NCBI GenBank assembly: GCA_002269645.1
Contig: NIVC01002109.1
Location: forward strand, 1 to 64,000
Origin: Macrostomum lignano
Lineage: Eukaryota
DNA: 64,000 nucleotides
Reading direction: 5' to 3'
Shown: positions 36,520 to 49,294 of the stretch, in pieces
Layout: the number at the start of each line of letters is the position of its first letter
Numbering within the stretch: position 1 is the first letter of the stretch
Translations under genes and position numbers: made by a program
Notes under the pieces: generated by a model
Told to the model about the DNA's origin: nothing
The model's input: only the letters and a program-made list of their open reading frames with translations
Database searches by the model: none

Positions 36520-39500
36520 TCAATCGAAAAGCCGCGCAACAAGATACAGCACAGTTAGCAGAGCCAGGTAAGCGGAGCCATAGCAGTACTTGGGTGCGTA
36601 CACTGTCCATACAAACAGATGATGCCGCTGTACAATGCAGAATAGCGCCAGGCTGCACCAGCTGTAACCTGCCAATAGGTGCGCCAGACCAATCACAGAT
36701 GATGCTCGTCTGAACTCTCCACCAGTACAGATGCTTTTATGCCCTTTTAGAAGCAGAATTGCAAGCAATAGATAAAACAATTGGCCAGTCCAAGTTGACA
36801 GGACGAGCAAAGCGCCGCTTAAAATCATCGAATTGAACGGCAGGCCAACGAATGATGCGCCAACATCGGCCGTTGCGAGACTGTTTGACTGGCCCTGGAA
36901 TCGGATGCAATCGGCATTGGATGGCATGAGAATCTACCTACAGTAGCATCTATACAGAGCATATTTTATTTTTCGGTATGTTTCTGTAACAGATAGTGTA
37001 CATGCTTGACGATTAGAAAGTCACAAACGGCCTCTGTACACCCTGTGTGAGCGTGTGTGTAAGTGCTGTGCCTGCGTACAGTACTGGCGCTTGTATTGTG
37101 CTCAAGAGTCTGCGGAATGGGCAGAATCTGACGACGATGGTTTGAAAGATTTGAATATCTGAAGATCCTCAATCAAAATTGCACATCCCAACCGAGGTTG
37201 TGAAATTAAGGGAATAATGCGAGAATACGAGTATGAAGTGCCTCTTTTAAACTTATTTTCTCCAGTCAATTCGATATAGTGCAATTTAGCGTTGTGAAAT
37301 TTCGCAATTTTGAAATTTTATGTTTGCGAAAATTCGGATTTTTTATTTCGGGTTGTGAACTTTCGTCTTAAAGAAATTTCGGATTTTTGAAATTTTGGGA
37401 TTTTAAAGTTTTGGGATTGTAAAATTTCAGGATTGTAAAATTTCGGGATTGTAAAAATTTGGGATTGTGAAATTTGGGATTAAGAAATGTTGGGATTGTA
37501 AAATTTCGGGATTGTGAGATTTCGGGATTGTAAAATTTCGGGATTGTGAAATTTCGGGATTGTGAAATTTCGGGATTGTAAAAATTTGGGATTGTGAAAT
37601 TTGGGATTGAGAGATTTCGGGATTGTAAAATTTCGGGATTGTGAGATTTCGGGATTGTAAAATTTCGGGATTGTGAAATTTCGGGATTGTAAAAATTTGG
37701 GATTGTGAAATTTGGGATTGAGAGATTTCGGGATTGTAAAATTTCGGGATTGTGAGATTTCGGGATTGTAAAATTTCGGGATTGTGAGATTTCGGGATTG
37801 TAAAATTTCGGGATTGTGAAATTTCGGGATTCTAAAATTTCGGGATTGAGAAATGTTGGGATTGTGAAATTTCAGAATTGTAAAATTTTGGGATTGTGAG
37901 ATTTCGGGATTGTGAAATTTCGGGATTGTAAAAATTTGGGATTGTGAAATTTGGGATTGAGAGATTTCGGGATTGTAAAATTTCGGGATTGTGAGATTTC
38001 GGGATTGTAAAATTTCGGGATTGTGAAATTTCGGGATTGTGAAATTTCGGGATTGTGAAATTTCGGGATTGTGAAATTTCGGGATTGTAAAAATTTGGGA
38101 TTGTGAAATTTGGGATTGAGAGATTTCGGGATTGTAAAATTTCGGGATTGTGAGATTTCGGGATTGTAAAATTTCGGGATTGTGAAATTTCGGGATTCTA
38201 AAATTTCGGGATTGAGAAATGTTGGGATTGTGAAATTTCAGAATTGTAAAATTTTAGGATTATGAAATTTCGGAATTGTAAAATTTTGGGATTGTGAGAT
38301 TTCGGGATTGTAAAATTTTGGGATTGTAAAATTTCGGGATTGTAAAATTTCGGGATTGTAAAATTTCGGAATTGTGAGATTTCGGGATTGTAAAATTTTG
38401 GGATTGTAAAATTTCGGGATTGTAAAATTTGTGGATTGTGAAATTTCGGAATTGTGAGATTTCGGGATTGTGAAAGTGCCCCTTAGAAAGATGTGCCGGA
38501 GGGGGGCGGCCAAAACACTATTGATTTTTCAAGCATACAAACCAACAAGGATAAAATAAAAAACTGCTGACTTACCAACTGAAAGTAAAGAGCCTGACCC
38601 AGCCAAACAAAGATGAGCACCAGAATGAGTCTGTCACGCCTCGCACTGCCAAGTCCTGGTTTAGCAAACGCTGGTCCAATGGCTACACAGTGCAGACAGA
38701 GGACTACACAATTTGCTGGGCAACTGGACAACACAGTCTGACAGAGTACAATGCCACCAGCCAATGAGGCAACTGGACAGCCATAATTAGCATTAGTAAT
38801 AATCCCAATAACAGTCCATGCCAAAGCCAATAGTAATCCCAAACAGCTAATTATAGGATTAATAAAATTTGTCAATGCCAAACTACAACGAAGCCAAATA
38901 GCGCAAAAACAGCATGCAATTAAAATTAGGCATCGAATTTTACTACTATTTGCAACTATAGTATAAGTAGTATCGTTTGAAAATGTATTGTTATAATCAA
39001 GGTATTTTTGCAGAAAAACACCAATTAAACAGATGCTACAGATCAGAATTATTGCGTAACAGACAGGCCAACCGCGCAGGTGCTGATCTAGATCTGGTAG
39101 GTGGGCCCATTTGTCTCCGGTTTGATTGAAATTTCTAGCTAATCGAAATGCTACAAGAGGAATCAGCGATTGAATCAGTTGACGAATACATTCCAGCCAA
39201 GGTAAATTAGCAGTGCTTAGACTGGCTGATAGGACGCGACAGGCAAACAGGCTGGTGCAAGCAAAGTACCAAAACTGATGCTCCTCCTCTATTAAACTAG
39301 TAGACGCGTGAATTAATATCGGAGCTAGACAGGTGCCCAGAATTAGCAGGTAGATCGCCAGGTTGTTTAGCTGGAACAATTTTGGGCAATTTATATGAAA
39401 TTTGGCGCTTTGTGCTCGGTATGAAGTCGAAGCATAGTATGTGAAGGATGATTGGGTGCGTGCGGAGGATGGGGTGGCTGCGGAGGATGGGGTGGCTGTG

Positions 39501-42500
39501 GAGGATAGGGTGGCTGTGGAGGATAGGGTGGCTGCGGAGGATGGGGTGGCTGCGAAGGATGGGGTGGATGTGGAAGATGGGGTGGCTGCAGAGGATGGGT
39601 GGCTGTGGAGGATAAGGTGGCTGTGGAGGATGGGGTGGCTGTGAAGGATGGGGTGGCTGTGGAGGATAGGGTGGCTGTGGAGGATGGGGTGGCTGTGGAG
39701 GATGAGTGGCTGTGGAGGATGGGGTGGCTGTGGAGGATGAGTGGCTGTGGAGGATGAGTGGCTGTGGAGGATGGGGTGGCTGTGGAGGATGAGTGGCTGT
39801 GGAGGATAGGGTGGCTGTGGAGGATAGGGTGGCTGTGGAGGATGGGGTGGCTGTGGAGGATGGGGTGGCTGTGGAGGATGGGGTGGCTGTGGAGGATGGG
39901 GTGGCTGTGGAGGATGGGGTGGCTGCGGAGGATGGGGTGGCTGTGGAGGATAGGGTGGCTGTGGAGGATAGGGTGGCTGTGGAGGATGGGGTGGCTGCGA
40001 AGGATGGGGTGGATGTGGAAGATGGGGTGGCTGCAGAGGATGGGTGGCTGTGGAGGATAAGGTGGCTGTGGAGGATGGGGTGGCTATAGAGGATGGGGTG
40101 GCTGTGGAGGATGGGGTGGGCGCGGAGGTTGGGGTGGGCGTACATTAAGAACAATAAAAATAGCTAACCCTGTCCTCGGCTGATTTGAATTCATTTGGGC
40201 CGTTAGATTTTGCTGTCATCATACCAACAGCTTGCAGCAAAGTTGGCAAACGAAAAAGACAGCAGAGGCAGCCCAGCCCTAAACCAATGAGCATTCTAGG
40301 CAAGCTGTACTCAGCCGATGCGTAAACCAAAGCCTGTTGAGCTTGTCTGGCCTCAGAGTAGCAATAGTTAAGATCTTCGGCGCAGCGCTTGGATCGTTCG
40401 GAGCGATTGAAGGCCTCTATTTTATAGTTTTTTTTAAATAAAGAAAAATTGTGATTTCTTTACTATCAGTAGTGCAGTTAGCGAGTAGTAAAGTAATCAA
40501 ACAAAAAACTCTCACCGGATTTAGAATTCAATTCGGCTTCTAATTCCAACAAATCGAGCCAGTTGTTGCTAAGCAACGAGTTGGAGAAGCCGCCGCAGGC
40601 GAGTCCGCCTAGAGACGGATGCAGCAGTCCCAAACTGGCCCTGGGCGGTTGAACACCTGTCCAACTAGTTAACAAATTAGCCATATCTGTCTGCTCCAGT
40701 TCTGGGAGCTCAATCGATGGATCTAGACTGCTGGAAAGCTGTACACTGCTTAGCAACACGAGAGGAGTTCGCGTCTCGGCGGGGGAGGCGCCTCCGTGAC
40801 CGCCAAGGTCGCTCATTCCGTGATCGCTGGTTACCGCTAGGAGCCAGTCGACTGGCTGAAGAGATGGTTTTGGTTGGGAGCGGCTTCCTGTGAGTCACTT
40901 GATTCAAGTATCCCATTGTGAGTCACTGCCCATTGATCCGATATTGAGTAACTCAGAGATCCCATATTGAGTCACTTCTCATTGATCCCATATTGAGTCA
41001 CTTCTCATTGATCCCATATTGAGTCACTTCTCATTGATCCCATATTGAGTCGCTTCTCATTGATCCCATATTGAGTCGCTTCTCATTGATCCCATATTGA
41101 GTAACTCAGAGATCCCATATTGAGTCACTTCTCATTGATCCCATATTGAGTCGCTTCTCATTGATCCCATATTGAGTCGCTTCTCATTGATCCCATATTG
41201 AGTCACTCAGAGATCCCATATTGAGTCACTCAGAGATCCCATAATCAGTCACTACCCCCACAGATCTCCCATCACACACAAGCACCTACCTGGCTACTCA
41301 AAGCCGTAACAATAGACTCAACAACCGCATCCATTTCCGCAAGTTTATCCGGCACCAATCTACTATTTGGGCCTTCAATATGGCCGATGTGATCCAGTCC
41401 GAGGTAGTGCAAGATGAGCACATCCCAGCTTGATGTAGCGCTCAGCGCTTCTCGCAAATTTTCTGTCACATTTTTGTCTACCTGCAAAATTTAATAGTGC
41501 GATCGGATAATTATTAATAGTTTAGAATGGTGCAAAGTGTTAAGAGTTTGTAGGTGAGACAGGGTGAGAATTAGGAAAAATGAATACTTTTTGGGGCGTA
41601 TCTGAGTGACTCAATATGGGATCTCTGGGTGACTGAATATGGGATCTGAGTGACTCAATATGGGATCAATGAGGAGCGACTCAATATGGGATCTCAGGAT
41701 GACTCATTATGGGATCTTTGAGTGACTCAATATGGGATCAATGGGTGACTGAATATGGGATCTGAGTGACTCAATATGGGATCTCTGGGTGACTGAATAT
41801 GGGATCTGAGTGACTCAATATGGGATTTTTAAATGACTGAACATGGGATCTCAGGGTGACTCAATGTGGGATATCTGAGTGACTCAATATGAGATCTGAG
41901 TGACTCAATATGGGATCTCTGGGTGGCTCAAAATGAAAATGTTCAGAGGATTTATAGAAGACTGGCACAGAATGATAAAGTCATCAAAAGCCAATTCCTC
42001 ACCTCGTAGAAGTCCGTAGCAAAGAAGGATGGCAGCCCTTGCGCCATGGCAAAGCTACCCGGGAACATCCGGGTCCAGGTGTCGTCCCCATAGAACTGAA
42101 CGCTGAAATTGGCCGAATGCCAACGACGCACAATGCTATCTGTGGCCAATTCAGAAGCGAAGAAATTCCACAAAACGTCCAGGAATCCCGGAACTCGACC
42201 GGTTGTGAGGCACTGCGAAGTAGGCAAGGTGGATTGGTGAGAGGGAGAAGGCAAAAGGAGAAGGAAAGGGCAAGGGGTAAAGAAGAAAGGGAAGAGAAAG
42301 AGAAGAGAAAGATGGAAAAGAGAAAGAGGGAAAAGAGAAAGAGGGAAGAGAAAGAGAAGAGAAAGATGGGATAGATAAAGAGGGAAGAGAAATAAGCAAG
42401 AGAAACAAAAAAGAGGGAAGAGAAAGATGGGAATGAGAAAGAGGAAAGAGAAAGATGGGAAGGAGAAAGAGGGAAGAGAAAGAGAAGAGAAAGATGGGAT

Positions 42501-43858
42501 AGATAAAGAGGGAAGAGATGGGAAGAGAAAGGTGTGAAAAGAAAGAGTGAAGAGAAAGAGTGGAGAGAAAAAGGGAAGAGAAAGATGGGAATGAGAAAGA
42601 GGAAAGAGAAAGATGGGAATGAGAAAGAGGAAAGAGAAAGATGGTAAAGAGAAAGATGGGAAGGAGAAAGAGGAGAAGAGAAAGATGGGAAAAAGAAAGA
42701 GGGAAGAGAAAGAGGAGAAGAGAAAGATGGGAAAGAGAAAGATGGTAAAGAGAAAGATGGGAAAGAGAAAGAGGAAAGAGATGGGAAGAGAAAGGTGTGA
42801 AAAGAAAGAGTGAAGAGAAAGAGTGGAGAGAAAAAGGGAAGAGAAAGATGGGAAAGAGAAATATGGGGAAGAGAAAGACAGGAGAAAGCGAGGAAGGTGA
42901 ATAGTGTAGGACAGAGATAAGAGATCTCAGCCTACCTTAATCCTAGGCAGAGTAACAGTAGGCGACTGAACTTTCACCACAGTGCTATAACTGCCGCGAA
43001 CGCCAGCAATCCTGCTTTTGCCTCTCCTGGCACTGTCCAGAAAGCGCATTTTAGCAGCAGATTGTCTATCAGATGAGAAAACCATGTCCTGTCGCATGCC
43101 ATCAATCAATAGTAGGACAGTTTTACGATCGAAACATCTTCTGTCTAAATGCCAGTCAGAGGACAAATAATGATTATTTTGATTGCTCATTTGTACATCT
43201 GCGTCCGTTAATTAGTAGAACTGAGTTCACCATATGTGTATGCAGAATCTCCAACATTGCTACTATAGAGTGGGGGTGCTACCCTCCCAAGGTCGAGTGC
43301 TACCCTCCCAAGGTCGAGTGCTACCCTCCCAAGGTCGAGTGCTACCCTCCCAAGGTCGAGTGCTACCCTCCCAACGTCGAGTGCTACCCTCCCAAGGTCG
43401 AGTGCTACCCTCCCAAGGTCGAGTGCTACCCTCCCAAGGTCGAGTGCTACCCTCTGCCAAGGTTGTGTGCTACCCTCTGCCAAGGTTGAGTCCTACCCTC
43501 TGCCAAGGTTGTGTGCTACCCTCTGCCAAGGTTGAGTGCTACCCTCTGCCAAGGTTGTGTGCTACCCTCTGCCAAGGTTGTGTGCTACCCTCTGCCAAGG
43601 TTGTGTGCTACCCTCTGCCAAGGTTGTGTGCTACCCTCTGCCAAGGTTGTGTGCTAACCTCTGCCAAGGTCCTACAGTAGAAAAGCTGCTTGCTAACAAG
43701 GTTGAAAATATATTACCTCTTATTCTACTTTGGCCACCAACAGAGTAAGATGATTTTCCAACATCAGGAAAGAATCCAGTAGTAAAAATGCATGCAGCTA
43801 ACAATGTGGAAAAAGCTAAGAAAAAATCCAATATTGAGCTATTTAGAACAACCATCAT
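36520..43858 (-). CDS. PIGG: GPI ethanolamine phosphate transferase 2; ~8 exons (43858-~43716, ~43198-42937, 42212-42003, 41481-41290, 40855-40516, ~40408-40190, ~39379-38574, ~36950-36520)
   Basis: LLLIDGMRQD; SPTVTLPRIK|CLTTG.VPGFLD; FYGDDTW; LILHYLGLDHIGH; TSDHGMSD.GGHGGAS; STSLIEEEHQFWYF; QGQSNSLAT; RHHLFVWTVYAPKY. Confidence 0.92.
36996..37127 (+). mobile_element. SINE-like family B, diverged partial copy 3 (PIGG intron 7)
   Basis: GTGTACATGC..CTGTACACCCTGTGTG..GCCTGCGTAC..GCGCTTGTAT..GCGGAATGGGCAG is colinear with 32960-33080. Confidence 0.65.
37300..38470. repeat. 16-bp minisatellite (GAAATTTCGGGATTGT) in PIGG intron 7
   Basis: About 70 copies. Confidence 0.95.
39450..40135. repeat. 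18-bp G-rich minisatellite (GAGGATGGGGTGGCTGTG) in PIGG intron 6
   Basis: About 37 copies. Confidence 0.95.
40915..41250 (+). repeat. GATCCCATATTGAGTCAC-core minisatellite in PIGG intron 4
   Basis: 21-26-bp units. Reverse complement of the array at 41604-41925. Confidence 0.9.
41604..41925 (-). repeat. GTGACTCAATATGGGATC-core minisatellite in PIGG intron 3 (inverted partner of 40915-41250)
   Basis: Direct reading. Confidence 0.9.
42240..42900. repeat. GA-rich low-complexity satellite in PIGG intron 2
   Basis: GGGAAGAGAAAGA-type units. Confidence 0.9.
43275..43670. repeat. 21-bp (GTGCTACCCTCCCAAGGTCGA) then 23-bp (GTGCTACCCTCTGCCAAGGTTGT) minisatellite in PIGG intron 1
   Basis: Direct reading. 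Confidence 0.95.
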
Positions 43859-45312
43859 TTTATAGTCTGAAAACAATTTAATGTATTATAAATTATATCA
43901 TGATTAGTAAATATAGAAGCTAAATATTTTCCTCAAATAAATAATCTTATATTTAAAGGTATACTATATAGTTCATTAATAAGATAATAATTAATCATTT
44001 ATAAAATAGCTAAAAAGAAACAAACTTAGTATAAAAAATTCCTCTCTAAATTTCTTTCTATAAACAATAATCTCTAGGATATTCTATGTGATATCTAGTG
44101 TAAGGATAGGCCAAAAAATAATATATATCATTATATTTTAGAAAGGAAAAATAATTAAGACTCTAGAATGCATTTACTGCCTAGTAAAGAAATGCTTTTA
44201 GGCTTAGGGTAGGCCTATGCTTAAGCTAAGGTAGCCTATAAAATGAAAAGAAAGATTACATTTAATTAATTAATTATTCAAGCTAGAAATATTGAAAAGC
44301 TACAATTAGCAATTCTGTATTATAATAAGAGAATAGGGGGCCTAAGGGTTACCACTTGATGCCTAAGTCCAGTGAATCAGCCATTAAGTGATAAAGGTCT
44401 AACAAAAAAATTAGAATATTTGTTTCTGCTATATACATAGTTTCCATACTCATGGCTCTATTATATAGTATTAGTATACATCTAAATAAAACTAATGGCA
44501 ATGCAGATTAGTTCTACACTTAAAACTTAGTGCTGTGCTGTCATTTTCATTGTGCTGTCATTGTGCTGTCATTTACTTAGACAGCACAATTTAAAAAGTA
44601 AAAGATAAGCTAACACATATGGATTTACAGGCAGGTCCAGGATTTTTAAAGTAGGGGCGGTCGGTACTCGGTCGTAAGTCGGCTCGGTGGACTGGCTCAG
44701 CGTTTTGAGTGGCCCAAAATAAGCCCAAAATTACGATGTCAGCTTATTATATGCAAGTACAGCCACGGCAAAAGAGTTGGGACAGGACTAGGACGCCTCC
44801 CACTGGATTCGTTAATCGTTACTGAATAGATTAACATAAGCCTAAGAAGAATTGTTACAAAAACGTAAAATCGCAGTTTCTCGGCTTGATCGTTTCTTAG
44901 ATTATGCGACTTTTAAATTTCCACTAAAGCTCTCTACGGGCCTTTTCATATTACAAATTCCAGAACCAGAATCGGTTCGGAATTCCAAGAAAAACAGCAG
45001 TATAACAATTAAACTCTGTTAATATTTGACTGCCTTAACAACCTAACTTAGCACAATTTTCACTTTTTTCTTGGCGATTGTCATTCAATAATAAAAACTT
45101 TATAGCACGTATCTCCCTCTAGTTATGGAGACAAAAAGTTATACTTCACAAATTGGTTCTGGTTCTAGAACCAGAGCAAGCAATATGAAAAGGCCCTACG
45201 TCTCGAGTCAAATGAAATTATTCCGTGGAGTAGTATGCATACGCAAAAGTAGCAGTGCATTGGATGTCCATTTCATTATAGCTATGTCTACCTCTAAAAC
45301 CATAGACACAAT

Positions 45313-46777
45313 AATAATAATAATAATAATAGTTACGCCCCACGCCAGCCACGGGAGTGGCCAAGAGGGGGGAGCGTCAAATCGCGCGTTTCAGAGCCAG
45401 GTCTCTAATGTGCTTCACACCGGCCGTCTGGCTGGGTGCTCGCGCATCTTCAAAAAGGCGGTCGACGTAGCGGGCTGATCGTCCCTGACCACGCCTGCGC
45501 GGTCCCTGCGGGGTCCACAGCAGGACGTCCTGCAGCGGCTCTGGGCAGTAGGCTTCGGCCCGGATGACATGTCCGGCAAGCCGCAGGCGCCGCTGACTCA
45601 GCAGGGCAGAAGGCCGCGTCAGGCCTGTGCGTTTGTACAGGGACTCGGTTGTCTCGCTGCCAGGGCCGCGGCGGGCGCCGAAAGCGGCGCGGACTAGGGC
45701 CGCATGCGCCGCGTCGAGCTGCGCCTCAAGCGCCCCGGTCAGCGTCCAGGTCTCAGCATTGTACAGCAGGGCGGTCTCAACAACCGCCTGGAACAGCTGG
45801 GACCTGGCGCCGTCGGACAGGGCCTCGGAGAGCAGCACCGCCCGCACAGATCGGAAGGCAGCCCAGGCCTTGCCGCGCCGTCTCGCTAGGTCGTCACCGA
45901 CGTCCGACCGACCGACCGACCGACGCACCAGTCCGCCGAGGTAGACGAACTGAAGGCACTTCGGGAGCGCCGTCCCGGGGCCGTCGCCGTCTCGAAGTCG
46001 AATCTCGGCGGGTAGATCATGCGGCACCGTCAGCACCTCGGTCTTCCTGGCGTTGATGACGAGACCGACCCTCGCCGCCGCCGCAGTCAGGCCGTCCAGC
46101 AGCCGTTGGGCGCCTTCGGCCGTGGAAGACAGCAGGGCGAGGTCGTCCGCGTAGCCAAGGACAGACAGTTTCTTCTCCGGGTGCCGTCTACTGGTGCGCC
46201 TTTGCAGCAGAAAGCCGTCCTCTGATGTCGGCAGGCCGGTCCTGAGCACCCATGGTCCATCACCAGCACGAAGAGAAAGGGCGCCAGAGTGTCACCCTGT
46301 AGCACTCCGGAGGTCGTGCTAAACAGGTCCGACGGTCCGTCTGGCGTCGCTACCGCGGCGGTGGTGTCCTGATACAGCGCCATGATGGCGGAGATCAGCT
46401 GCTGCGGTACGTTGTAGGCACGGAGCACGTGAGGCAGCGCGCCGCGCGCCACCGAGTCGAAAACCTTGAGGAAGTCAACAAAGATGACGATAAGGCTTGA
46501 CTGGTGGATGCGCGCCTCCTCGATGATGCGGCGGAGGGCCAGGATCTGCGTCACCGTACCGCGATGGGGGCGGAACCCGTTCTGCTCGTACCGCAGGAAC
46601 GAGTCCAGCACGGGCTGTAACCGTGCTAATAGCACCCGGTTGAACAGCTTCGCGGTACAGGACATGAGCGAGATTCCACGATGCTCCTCCTTCCGTGTAG
46701 TGCCCGGCTTCTTCGGGATGCCGACGATGTTGGCCTGGGTCCACTCGCGGGGCGCGGGGCCTCCCGCCAGGACACCA
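45313..46777 (-). mobile_element. 5'-truncated RTE-type LINE with frameshifted RT
   Basis: IVGIPKK..RGISLMS..KLFNRVL..EQNGFR..FVDF.KVFDSV..GVLQGDTLAPFLF; YADDL; RRLRLAGHVIR. 2-nt insertion at ~46252. (TAT)n tail at 45313-45331. TSD ATAGACACAAT at 45302-45312 and 46778-46788. Confidence 0.9.
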
Positions 46778-49294
46778 ATAGACACAATCTATCATGTCTA
46801 CCCCTGAAACCGTAGACACAATCTACCATGTCCTACGTCTAAACCATAGACACAATCTACCATTGTCTGCCTCTAAAACCATAGACGACACAATCTATGT
46901 AACCATGTCTACCTCTAAAACCATGGTAAAATATACCATTAAATAAGCTATTGGATTGTATACACATATATGAGACCGGCCTGGCAAGCCTGGCGTGCCG
47001 TCAGTGTTAAAAGGGGGTAGACAATTAAACGAGCTGAGGGAGTTGAAATCTCTTGTCGTAACCCGGGTCGGTTTGGGTGCCCAGTCCCGAGTACAATTTA
47101 TATATTATATGTGATATAACAGGCGTTGTGACGCTCTGACTGTACTTTTATATGAATACGAGCAGGCGTAACGACGCTCTGCGATAATAGCTCGATCCCT
47201 CTAATGTTGTGACACTCAGGGTTCACGCTGCGGCTCGAGGTGTGGTGCCACTCTCGAGTGCTTCTAGTCTCGATACGTAGGTTGTACACACTATATAGAG
47301 TAGACGGTACAGTACTACAAAAAGCTATATGATCTCCCGGCGTTATGACGCTCTGGCAAGAACTCAGCCTAACAAGCTCCCAGAAAAGAAAGAACTCAAG
47401 CAGCAGGCGGCTTACCAGTGGCCAAATCGCCGTTACGTTTATTGATTCGCTCGTTGTACAGTGCAGGTTCTAACTTCCAAGATTCTTCTTAAGGCTCTTA
47501 TGCTTCTTTTCTCGTATTCAATAGCTAGAATTGCTGTTTAACCGTCTAGTCTCGCACTGGTACTCTCCGAGCACACCAATACAAAACACAAAACAGCAAA
47601 AAAAAACAGCGCGAAGGGCGTGAGCAAGGCCCAGAGCCGCATTAAATAATAATCAAACCCTGGGGCCGATGGCCCCACCGGCTAAGCCCACCAAAACAAG
47701 CTACCCCAACAAAAACAAAATACGCAGTTAGCATCACAGGGCACGTCTCAAGGCCAGGTCGCGAACGAACTCCACGCCGCAGGCCGAATCTGGGGCGCGC
47801 CGGCGTCAGCCAGCAGGCAGTCGACGAAAGCGACGACGACTATGAAATGCTTATAAAGAAAGCTACTTTTTGAACAAAAACTCCACCTTCAATCCCATCT
47901 TGGATTCAGCTCGGTCTTTCTTTAGCTATCATATCATACTTGATCGAGAGACCCTGCCTCCCTTCCCTTTTACGGACTAGACATTTGTCCCGAGCTTTTC
48001 GCTGGGACGGATGGCAACTTTCCCCTTTCGTTTCCGTCTCCGGCTGCCCTACCAGCTCCTTTCTGTTTCCCCTCTCTGTACCGAATAACTGTCTTATTCT
48101 CTCAGAGAATTGTTCACTGAGAGTGTAGTGCATGCGCCCTTGTCAGTTGGCAGGGCGCGTTGCACTTTGGGGCTGATTGGGGGGGGGGGGGTGGCGGGCG
48201 TGGCAGGGTCTGGCCGCCGGCCGGGCTTTGCGCGTGCCCCTCCCCAGTCGTGCCCCTGCCCCCGTGCTCAGGGCTGGTTGGCTGCGGCCGGGCCAGCTTT
48301 GGCGCGGGTGCAGCCCCCCTCCTCCCTAGGCGGGGTTTTGATTGGCTGGCCGGCGCGGCCAGTCTCTATTTTGTTGTTGTATAGTCGCTTAATCGGACTG
48401 ACAGCGATCGCACCTCAAAATTTCCCGAATTCAAGATTTTCCCGTTTCCAAACCCCCAAGATCACAAACTGACCTGTCAAAAAGACGAACCAACTCGCGT
48501 CTCCTCACATCATGCAGTCGCCCTATCCTGTGCGCTAGGGCCTACCTCAGGCTACCTGTAGGTGACTGATGCGGTTAGCTACATGTAAATGAGAGAAGAT
48601 CCGTAATTGATACAGTTATTAGATAAATACAATGAAAGGGAAGGCTTGCAGATGATTTCAGGCGGAGGGTATGAAATTCCTAGCTAAAAACTCGAGAGGC
48701 CTGCAATTACTATACTTTTGGCTACAACGGCGAACTTTTGTGCATGGTCATCACTGGCCATGGCTTCTTTCAGAGACATATTAGTCGTACAATTATTATA
48801 CAAAGCGATTGCTCCCCCATCCGTCACTTTTGAGTCACTTTTAAGAGTAGGAAACAGCGACACACTGTGTCACCTTCTGCCCGCACTTCAACTGTGCACG
48901 AAATCGTCACATCGGCCCCCTAGCTGAATTCTGCTGCTGGAGAGATGCAATGATGGCCCTAAATACAAATGAACAAAGAAATTGTTCTGCTTTTAGCTTG
49001 AAGCTGCGGTAGAGGCCTCAAGTCTATCCGCAGCGTCCTCTCCCCGGCAGCTGTAAGCAAGTCAGTTGAGTTCATCTCAAATAGAAAATATTAGCGTGTC
49101 TACTACAAGTAGCACCCAATAGAAATTTAGGCCGGCAACGAACACAAAAATTGACAAGCCATTAGTTTAAGGTTTAACTTAAAAATTACAGTTGACTGTC
49201 CGAAAATTCTTTAAATTATTGAAGCTTAGTAAAAGTTTATCTTGCCAATAACACCATTAGTGAGTTATTAGAATCCAAGTTTCACAGTGTCAAT

